A stretch of 32,000 nt of DNA from Promethearchaeota archaeon. Its GTDB lineage: Archaea > Asgardarchaeota > Lokiarchaeia > Sigyniarchaeales > Promethearchaeaceae. This document shows positions 1 through 7,432 of this stretch, one piece after another; within the stretch, counting starts at the first letter, position 1, and every line of letters starts with the position of its first letter. Position numbers and translations under genes: made by a program. The stretch spans positions 182,568-214,567 of the forward strand of contig JAFGBS010000014.1 in assembly GCA_016933055.1 (NCBI GenBank). Reading direction: 5' to 3'. The notes under the pieces are model-generated. The model was not told the origin of the DNA and made no database searches. It saw only the letters and a list, made by a program, of their open reading frames with translations.

Positions 1-2
1 GT

Positions 3-1634
3 TTCAATCATCAAACCAAAATTGCCGTATCTGCTTCACCACAGATTGACCAAGTTACTTTTAACCTAGCAAAAAATGAGTATTATGCTTTCCAATTAGG
101 ATTAACTCTAAAATCAAAAGATCTATACTTCCATTCCTACTATTTAACCGATTTCGTGGGAGTTGAGAATAGTTTAGAAGTAATCTCATCCGATTTTGCT
201 CAATTACGATATGAAGATTATATTTTAGAAGAGGAATTTCCTGATAGACTTCTTCCTATAGAGGGAAATCCAATTCTGTTGAATAAAAGACAAACCCACA
301 TGTTTTGGTTTGATATTCGTACTCCTTATAATATAACAGCTGGTAATTATGCAGGAATTCTCAAAATTACCTTTAAATTAGGAGACCGATATCTTGAAGA
401 GAACATTCCCATTCGTTTTAATGTATGGGATTTTGCAATACCTTTTCGAAAACATGTAACCACTAGTGTGGGGGATGAAAGTGTTTCATCCGATGAGATA
501 TACAATCAAATGGTTGAAAGCTGGCATAAGCATCGATTTAATATGTATGCCGAAGATATCAAAGGAACGGATGACTATCGTGTATTTGAAATTTATAATG
601 GAGAACGCTATATCTATTACTTAAACAAGACAGATGGATCCGTTACATTCAATTGGACACTTTGGGATCAGAAAATCGAGGCTCTCTTAAATGTTACAAA
701 TGCTCCGATGAATGGAATTCGAGTAGATTATAGCCTGGGGAGAAGTCTAAAAATTGGCAATGAAACGGAAAATCAATGGTTTCTCAATTGGTTAATCGAA
801 GTAGAACAACATTTAGAATTGAGAGGATGGTTAAATATCTGCTATTATTACTTTGTAGATGAATTTACCTTATTTATCCCCGAAGAATATGAAAACCGAA
901 CCGCTTATTATGAAGCGGTAGAAGCACAACTCGCATCCATGAGATCTGTAGCACAAAAAATACGGATATTAGTAATTGCGCCCCCTCTTCCCGAATTGGA
1001 ATCCATTAAGCCTTACATTAACATCTATGTACCCTTGAGTTACGATCGAAATGTAGAACAATGGGAACAAACGAAAAATAGGGATAAAAAGGAGATGTGG
1101 TTCTATACTTGTATTGGACCTTTCGCACCCTATCCCAACGTCCACCTTTACAATCGACTCTTCGAAACACGTATACAAATGTGGAATACTTGGGCATGGG
1201 ATATGGATGGATACCTCTTTTGGAGAGCAAATAGTTTTAATCACGGACAATATGGATTTGGGTATAATTCATGGGGGGATGGATGGTTCATTTACATAGA
1301 TGAAGCGGAAAATCGAATATATGAGTCCATCAGATGGGAGAATCTCGGGGATGGACAAGAAGACTATGAAATGTTCTGGTTATTAAATGCTACTCTTAAT
1401 GAAATAGAAGAAAATGAGTTATTAGCACAAAGCGAGATAGATTTTTATCGGTCGGAACTCTATACAATAGTAAACACAGTTTCGGATGATTTTTTGGACT
1501 ATACTAATAATCCTCATGATATCTATTGTGGTATCGAGAGAATTGGACAAATTCTCCATTCCTTATCGCCAGTTATAGATATAAATGCAATTGGAGAAGC
1601 TCCTTGGTTTCCAATTTCAGGAGTAATCCCATAA
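3..1634 (+). CDS. DUF4091 / glycoside hydrolase family 123-like protein, 5'-truncated by the window edge
   Basis: The frame is open from position 3 (FNHQTKIAV...LAKNEYYAFQLG...), so the GTG at 156 is probably internal. Motifs AKNEYYAFQL, YYYFVDE, WFYTC, GYLFW and ESIRWENLGDGQEDYE match the recalled DUF4091/GH123 pattern (A-x-NE-x-x-x-FQ, DEP-like acid, WxY, SxRxExxRxGxEDYE). Confidence 0.7.
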   Translation, partial: FNHQTKIAVSASPQIDQVTFNLAKNEYYAFQLGLTLKSKDLYFHSYYLTDFVGVENSLEVISSDFAQLRYEDYILEEEFPDRLLPIEGNPILLNKRQTHMFWFDIRTPYNITAGNYAGILKITFKLGDRYLEENIPIRFNVWDFAIPFRKHVTTSVGDESVSSDEIYNQMVESWHKHRFNMYAEDIKGTDDYRVFEIYNGERYIYYLNKTDGSVTFNWTLWDQKIEALLNVTNAPMNGIRVDYSLGRSLKIGNETENQWFLNWLIEVEQHLELRGWLNICYYYFVDEFTLFIPEEYENRTAYYEAVEAQLASMRSVAQKIRILVIAPPLPELESIKPYINIYVPLSYDRNVEQWEQTKNRDKKEMWFYTCIGPFAPYPNVHLYNRLFETRIQMWNTWAWDMDGYLFWRANSFNHGQYGFGYNSWGDGWFIYIDEAENRIYESIRWENLGDGQEDYEMFWLLNATLNEIEENELLAQSEIDFYRSELYTIVNTVSDDFLDYTNNPHDIYCGIERIGQILHSLSPVIDINAIGEAPWFPISGVIP

Positions 1635-1697
1635 ACAGCTGATACTAAAAAAATCCCGATCAAGGAACTATTAAACTACATCGTATTACCTTCTTGT

Positions 1698-4265
1698 ATG
1701 TCTAATAATTTTCAAATTATTGAAGGATTTGCGAGTACAGACGCCAAACCTCATTATCCTCCTAACTTGCAATTAGAACCCATACATCAGGCTATTAAGC
1801 TGACCTTTAATTTAGAAAAGAAAATTGCATGGGGATCTGTGACCACTACGATACGTGCAAATTCTGATAATGCAACAACAATAAAATTTGATGCCATCGA
1901 TTTCACGATCAAATCTGTACAAGGAGCGGATTCCTATTCTTATGATGGCGAAAAAGTCACCATGACATGGAATACTGCTTGGAAGAGAGGGCAAATTCAA
2001 GAAATAGTTATTCAGTATTCAATTGAAGAACCCCTATCTGGATTGTATTTTTCTTATCCCGATGATAAATATCCTAACCGAATAGCTTATGTAGTAACGG
2101 ATCACGAAACAGAACGTGCACGCTATCATATTCCATGCATAGATCATCCCGCGATTCGCTGTTCTATTGATTTTTATCTGACTGCAAATGAGAAATATAC
2201 AATTCTTGCAAATGGAAGGTTAATCGAAGAAGGTAAGAATGGCGACGGAACTAAAACAGCCCATTGGAAGCAAAAATTCCCTTGCCCTTCCTATTTGATT
2301 ACTTATGCAATTGGAGAGTTCGTAAATTTCACCGATAGTGTGGTAGATGCAGGTAAAGGGTCCATTCCCATTGCTTATTTTACGACTAATGACTTCACAT
2401 CTGAAGCCCTTAAGCGTACCTTTGATAGAACTCCCGAAATGCTTGAGTGGATGACGAAGAAATTTAAATGCCCCCTCGAATGGGATAAATACTACCAAAT
2501 TATTACTCCTCATTATGCTGGTGCCATGGAAAATATCTCAATGGTAACTTGGGGATCCTTTGCACTGTTACATACCGAGGATGTTGCGAAGGAGTTATGG
2601 TGGAGAATAGATGCTATTAATGTCCACGAGATGTCACATTCGTGGTTTGGAGATATGATTGTTATTAGAGAGTTTACCCACGGATGGCTTAAGGAGTCTT
2701 GGGCTGTATACACCGAAAGTTGCTATTATGAAGATACGAGAGACGAGGATGAATGGAAATATAATATGTATAATAATTCACTTAGATACAGAGAAGAATC
2801 TGACTCAAAATATGCCAGACCAATTGTTAATAAGACATATGATAGCAGTTGGGATATGTATGACCGTCACTTGTATCCAGGTGGTGCATGGAGGATTCAT
2901 ATGCTTCGGCACTTGATAAAAAACCATGTAAGTGATGAGTGCTTCTGGGAGGCTGTATCAGATTATTTGAACACCTATAAAGGGAAAGTAGTTGAAACTA
3001 TAGATTTTCAGCGAAAACTAGAAGAACACTCCGGATTAAGTCTTCAATCGTTTTTTGATCAATGGTTATATTCTCCCGGTTATCCAAAACTGAAAGTTAA
3101 ATTTAACTTTGACGAGAAATCTCACTTAGCATCTCTTAAACTTGACCAAACACAAATTGATGAGAAAAAAAACATTGGTGTATTTCAGTTTCCCCTGGAA
3201 ATTATGTGGGAAACAGAGAATGGATCGTTTGAACGGGAAAAATTCATTATTTCTGAAAAAGTGCAAACCTTGTATTTCAAATGTGTTAAAAAACCCAAGC
3301 AGATACGTATAGATCCTGATTATGTACTATTATGCTCGTTAGAATTCAATCCAGGTACAGACATGCTAAAACAGCAATTGAAAACGGGTGATAGTATTGC
3401 GAAAATCCAAGCAGCAAAGGAATTAACAAAAACGGGAAAGAAAAAAGACTTGGAAACCGTATTTCATGCGTATCGGGATGAAAAATACTGGGGGACTAAA
3501 GTGGAGCTAGCGAAATTATTGAAAGAGTCTCCCTCTTTATACGGAATGCGTCTTCTTAGGGATTTATTAGAAGACGAATCGGATCCATTAGTGCTGACTT
3601 CCTTGATTCATAATTTTGCAAATGTCAGGGAATTCTTTGTATTTGATGCAATGAAGAACTATTTAAAACGACCTGTACACTATCCCTATGCTACAGCCAC
3701 TGCTTTAGAAGTAATTGGCACTATGCGAACGGATGAAGCGTATAAATTTTTAAACACCTATTCCCCACCTAAGGATCCTAAAAATATCGTTAAATCGGGC
3801 TTATATCGAGCAATAGGGAGTATTCGTACTGAGCAAGCTCTCGAATATCTGGTAAAGAAGATCCCATACGGTGAAGACGCAGAAAATTGTCGTTCAAGTA
3901 TAGCTTCTGCTCTTATTTCCTCTCTGAGTTGGATGAAGGAATCCGTAAGGAATCGGTATCTGGAAAAACTAACGGATATCATCCCCGGAGAGACTAACGA
4001 ATTATTCTTGCATAATTTAGCTCGAATTATAAGCACCGTTAAGGATCCCTTGGTAATTACTGCGTTGAAAACGATTAAACGAAAACTAGCGAAACAAGAT
4101 AAACCAGAGATCGATCGATTAATCCAAAAAGTACAGAAAAGCTTAAGTACGGAAGAAGAAATTCGAAATCTAAAATCAGAAATAGATTCTGTTAAGAAAT
4201 CATTGAAGAATTTGAAAGAAGTGGTAGAAAAAATCGAAGCGAGAACAGCACCGGAAAAAAAATAA
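1698..4265 (+). CDS. M1-family zinc aminopeptidase with C-terminal HEAT repeats and a terminal coiled coil
   Basis: GAMEN exopeptidase motif (YAGAMENIS), HExxH-x18-E zinc motif (HEMSHSWFGD...WLKE) and catalytic Tyr region (DRHLYPGG). The C-terminal ~300 aa is helical and HEAT-like, ending in the heptad EEEIRNLKSEIDSVKKSLKNLKEVVEKIEAR. Confidence 0.95.
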   Translation: MSNNFQIIEGFASTDAKPHYPPNLQLEPIHQAIKLTFNLEKKIAWGSVTTTIRANSDNATTIKFDAIDFTIKSVQGADSYSYDGEKVTMTWNTAWKRGQIQEIVIQYSIEEPLSGLYFSYPDDKYPNRIAYVVTDHETERARYHIPCIDHPAIRCSIDFYLTANEKYTILANGRLIEEGKNGDGTKTAHWKQKFPCPSYLITYAIGEFVNFTDSVVDAGKGSIPIAYFTTNDFTSEALKRTFDRTPEMLEWMTKKFKCPLEWDKYYQIITPHYAGAMENISMVTWGSFALLHTEDVAKELWWRIDAINVHEMSHSWFGDMIVIREFTHGWLKESWAVYTESCYYEDTRDEDEWKYNMYNNSLRYREESDSKYARPIVNKTYDSSWDMYDRHLYPGGAWRIHMLRHLIKNHVSDECFWEAVSDYLNTYKGKVVETIDFQRKLEEHSGLSLQSFFDQWLYSPGYPKLKVKFNFDEKSHLASLKLDQTQIDEKKNIGVFQFPLEIMWETENGSFEREKFIISEKVQTLYFKCVKKPKQIRIDPDYVLLCSLEFNPGTDMLKQQLKTGDSIAKIQAAKELTKTGKKKDLETVFHAYRDEKYWGTKVELAKLLKESPSLYGMRLLRDLLEDESDPLVLTSLIHNFANVREFFVFDAMKNYLKRPVHYPYATATALEVIGTMRTDEAYKFLNTYSPPKDPKNIVKSGLYRAIGSIRTEQALEYLVKKIPYGEDAENCRSSIASALISSLSWMKESVRNRYLEKLTDIIPGETNELFLHNLARIISTVKDPLVITALKTIKRKLAKQDKPEIDRLIQKVQKSLSTEEEIRNLKSEIDSVKKSLKNLKEVVEKIEARTAPEKK

Positions 4266-4274
4266 AAAAAAATT

Positions 4275-4358
4275 AAAATAGGGTTGAATTTTTGATTATT
4301 AGCGCCCAATGCAACTACAATAAACAAGGCATTGTGTGGGAGTTAACCCTATTTTTTT
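4275..4358. terminator. Inverted repeat between convergent genes, possible bidirectional terminator
   Basis: AAAATAGGGTT (4275-4285) and AACCCTATTTT (4345-4355) are perfect reverse complements. A T-tract follows the stem on each strand. Confidence 0.45.
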
Positions 4359-4951
4359 ACTAAATGAATGGTAACTATTCCGTGGTTTTCAGTTATTTTT
4401 ATTTTTTTCTTGGGTTCAAAATTCAAACTTATTTTTCTCTTGTATTTGATAGTATCGTGTTCGGCGATAATGATCACTTCTTTTCCATCAATATCAACAG
4501 TTAAATCCTTTTCTGCTACACCAGGCATTTCAAGTACAAGTTCAACAGAACCGTTGTCTTCCACAACATCCATTATTGGAACCTTATATTCTGCATCAGA
4601 AGGTTTTTCTCCTTCTCCCAAGCCTAGGGTCAACGGTTTTTTCTCACTTAAATCAATCAAATGACCGCCAAAGCGTTTCTGAATCCCACTTAGGAATCGG
4701 TCTACATCTTGTTCGGTTGCATCTCCAGATACGCGAATTTCAGGTTCTTTCATTCCAGTTTGATACTTATAAGAGATGGAATAGGATTTAGTTTTTCCAT
4801 CATCACTGAATTTCGACCTAGGAGAGCGGAACTCAAAGATTTCATCGACGTCTTGAAACATATCATCGAATTCATCCCCAAAAAACGACCATTCCTTGAA
4901 CATTTTTTTGATATTTTTATTCATATAATCGAAAATGTCTTCGTCAGGCAT
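4349..4951 (-). CDS. hsp20: Small heat-shock protein (archaeal Hsp20, alpha-crystallin domain)
   Basis: Phe/Asp-rich N-terminal arm, then the alpha-crystallin core (PIMDVVEDNGSVELVLEMPGVAEKDLTVDI...NHGIVTIHL). GAGGTGA Shine-Dalgarno-like site at 4961-4967 on the minus strand. Confidence 0.9.
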   Translation of the reverse strand: MPDEDIFDYMNKNIKKMFKEWSFFGDEFDDMFQDVDEIFEFRSPRSKFSDDGKTKSYSISYKYQTGMKEPEIRVSGDATEQDVDRFLSGIQKRFGGHLIDLSEKKPLTLGLGEGEKPSDAEYKVPIMDVVEDNGSVELVLEMPGVAEKDLTVDIDGKEVIIIAEHDTIKYKRKISLNFEPKKKIKITENHGIVTIHLVKK

Positions 4952-4960
4952 ATATTTTTT

Positions 4961-4967
4961 TCACCTC
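4961..4967 (-). promoter_or_regulatory. Shine-Dalgarno-like ribosome-binding site of hsp20
   Basis: Minus strand GAGGTGA, 9 nt before the ATG at 4951. Confidence 0.6.
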
Positions 4968-5034
4968 TTATAGTTAACTATAGGTTAACTAATCTAATAA
5001 AGGTTTGGATCTGGTTCCCAATAAAAGTGAAAAA

Positions 5035-6813
5035 TTACATACTAGGACGCATATGCTGAGGAGGAGGTCTTAAACAGAAGCCACATTTACCAAAAGAGAT
5101 TATGGTCTGATTCCAGCAGTGTTCATGATATAAGCGTTCGCAACTTGGGCACTGAGTTTGACACTGATCATGAGAGTCACCAGTACTGGATGAGATCTTC
5201 AACCCACATTCGGGACAATCTATTTTATGGCAGATAACACAACTAAGTATGGATTCAGCGAAGATTGTCTGAGATATCTGATTGAAAAGATCAATTAAGT
5301 AGTTAAAAGGATGCCATTGCTGGGTAAAGGACTGAATTTGATTGTTGATTTTTTCTTTTATTTCTTCATACTCTTCCAATGCTGATAGAAGCTTGAAGTG
5401 AGGAACTGTTATTGGATATTCATCATTCATTTGGACCTCGAATGTGAATGCCAGATCTTTAGTTTTTAGTTGACCAGATATTTCAATTGAAAATTTGTCG
5501 GTAGTTTTATCATAATCAACCTTTTTTACTCCCCCTTTCAGTAGATCTACTTCAAAACTTATGCGAGATGCCTTGTCAACCAACCAAGAAATCTCTCGTA
5601 ACACATCCACAACGTGGCTCTCTTTTCTCTTCCAATTTTTTAATACCATCAGATCTTGAGGGGAAAAAGGAAGGACTTCTTGCAATGCTGATGAAAACTG
5701 AACTAAAGGCTCGTTAGGATATTTTGAAATATCTAATGTAAGAATATATTCTTTAAATCCGTATGTAAATAAACCTACTTGAAGATGGGAAATTAAACCA
5801 TCTACCATTTCTGTCTTGTATTCCCCAAAGATCATTTTAGCCTCCTGTTCAATGTCACTCAAAAACCAAAGTTTTCCCTCAACCTCCCGAATTAATTCCA
5901 CAACATGACGGGGATTGTTCTCATCCCATGACTTCAAGATTCCAATAGATTCGTCAACATCCCCAAGGATCTTTCTTAAATTATCTTGAACCACCACTTC
6001 TGGCTTCTTTGGAAACGAAGAAAAGTCAATACGAATGATAAAAGTCTGTTCGAGAGTAATCGTAAGATACACTTCCACAACTCCCATAGTATTTCCAACA
6101 TAATCAATAGCGTATTCTTGCTGAATTAGCGCGGCTTCGGTTGATACTTTTACATCCAGTTCGGCATCTAAATTTTGTGCTTCGATGGACGGATATATAG
6201 GTCGTTCGGTGGGGGTGAGTGCGGGTACATTGTAAGGATCTGCTGAGGGATCCAAAGTTGGGTAAATGGATTCATTCTCTGGTACCTCTTCTTCGGAATT
6301 CCATTCTAAAATTTCATCGGGATTGATATATTCCTCTTGTTCATATAGATATTGACTCATATCGGGAGTGAGATATTGTTCCTCTTCATCCTTTTCTTGT
6401 TTATACGATTGTGATGACAATTCTTCCGTACTGAATTCTGCATAGGTAGGTTGGACAGATGGTTCCTCAGTAGATATATATATTTCCTTCTCCTCTTCTT
6501 GCTGTTCAACATAATTTTTAATTAGTACCGCTAATTCTCGTACTGCTGTGACTACATGACTTTCAGGAGTCCAATTATTCAATGCATTAAGTTCAATTTC
6601 CTCCGGAACATTGGGAATTGGGAGGGGAAATATAAAATCTGGTGGGTAAGTAGGAAAATCTTTGGTATATTTTATCTCTAAAGGATATTTTGTTTCCTTA
6701 TTGGGGGATTCATAAATGTATCCATATAAATGTCGGAGATTTCCTTTAACCATATAAAACTTGAATTCGGAAGCAATTAATTGTGCTTCATGGAGTAATT
6801 TTCCATTTTCCAT
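5035..6813 (-). CDS. Multi-UBC/RWD-fold protein with C-terminal C4HC3 RING finger (putative E3 ubiquitin ligase)
   Basis: Four related domains: the first three share EA-x-[LM]I-x-x-E[FY]...[FY]P-x-x-P...W...HVV-x-x-x-RE, and the fourth is more divergent (EYPITVP...WHP). C-terminal CPEC...CPSC-x4-H-x2-CW...CGFC. The ATG at 6813 (MENGKLL) is preferred over the TTG at 6891. Confidence 0.8.
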   Translation of the reverse strand: MENGKLLHEAQLIASEFKFYMVKGNLRHLYGYIYESPNKETKYPLEIKYTKDFPTYPPDFIFPLPIPNVPEEIELNALNNWTPESHVVTAVRELAVLIKNYVEQQEEEKEIYISTEEPSVQPTYAEFSTEELSSQSYKQEKDEEEQYLTPDMSQYLYEQEEYINPDEILEWNSEEEVPENESIYPTLDPSADPYNVPALTPTERPIYPSIEAQNLDAELDVKVSTEAALIQQEYAIDYVGNTMGVVEVYLTITLEQTFIIRIDFSSFPKKPEVVVQDNLRKILGDVDESIGILKSWDENNPRHVVELIREVEGKLWFLSDIEQEAKMIFGEYKTEMVDGLISHLQVGLFTYGFKEYILTLDISKYPNEPLVQFSSALQEVLPFSPQDLMVLKNWKRKESHVVDVLREISWLVDKASRISFEVDLLKGGVKKVDYDKTTDKFSIEISGQLKTKDLAFTFEVQMNDEYPITVPHFKLLSALEEYEEIKEKINNQIQSFTQQWHPFNYLIDLFNQISQTIFAESILSCVICHKIDCPECGLKISSSTGDSHDQCQTQCPSCERLYHEHCWNQTIISFGKCGFCLRPPPQHMRPSM

Positions 6814-6956
6814 TTTGAATACCCGAGTTTTTGAATAATAAAGGCTTAAATAGTGCTTTATATCTTGTCCAACAACAAAAAGTGAAGACAATAACTATAA
6901 AATACCGATATGTCTATAAACTGTACAAAAAAAGGGAAAAAAGAAAATCTCATCAT

Positions 6957-7166
6957 TTATTCTTCGAATTTGAAGGATAGGTTCACGCGCGCTCGGTACA
7001 TAACAATTTCATTATTCAAAATCTTCGCATCAAGTTTAATTACTTCTGCAATACGTAGATCCCGCAATGTTTTTGCTGCTGTCTCAACTGCATTATGAAT
7101 TGCATCTTCAAAACTTGTTTCAGAGGAGCCCACTAATTCAATAAACTTATACACAGATTCTGCCAT
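6957..7166 (-). CDS. Dodecin family flavin-binding protein
   Basis: 69 aa with the typical dodecin pattern VYKFIELVGSSETSFEDAIHNAVETAAKTLRDLRIAEV...YRARVNLSFK. Confidence 0.9.
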   Translation of the reverse strand: MAESVYKFIELVGSSETSFEDAIHNAVETAAKTLRDLRIAEVIKLDAKILNNEIVMYRARVNLSFKFEE

Positions 7167-7432
7167 AGTTTTTCACTTTAATTGTTTATGATATTAAAAA
7201 TCGGATATGTTTTCCGACGAAAATAATTACCCAAAAGGCATTATTAAATTCTTCGGCTACATAAAAAAAGGAAGATGAGAAATCGATGCTTTTTCATTCA
7301 TATAAACCTCAGAGATTTGTACAAAATGAAGATAAATTAGCATTCTCTTTCACAAAATTAAAATGAGATACTTAATGTCTTTTTCTTGACTGAAGTGCAA
7401 TTTCAGTCGATCAATGTTTGTTGTGAAAAAAA

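Noticed and set aside
156-158. ORF-track start of the first gene
   Set aside because: The frame is open and protein-like back to position 3, so the gene starts outside the window.
3758-4327. 189 aa antisense ORF, and the many other 60-160 aa ORFs nested in or opposite long genes (e.g. 12730-13116, 14849-15253, 17344-17763, 24864-25340)
   Set aside because: They overlap well-supported genes, have the Phe/Ser/Ile-rich composition expected from the antisense of Lys/Glu-rich genes, and show no motifs.
4266-4348. SECIS element or selenoprotein read-through
   Set aside because: There is no AUGA/GA kink-turn core in the stem on either strand, and no neighbouring gene shows an in-frame TGA at a catalytic Cys position.
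5035-6813. Calling the UBC-fold protein an active E2 enzyme
   Set aside because: There is no cysteine in any of the four folds and no HPN motif upstream of a catalytic position.
7201-7217. TCGGA-7 nt-TCCGA dyad upstream of dodecin
   Set aside because: The arms are only 5 bp, which is expected by chance.
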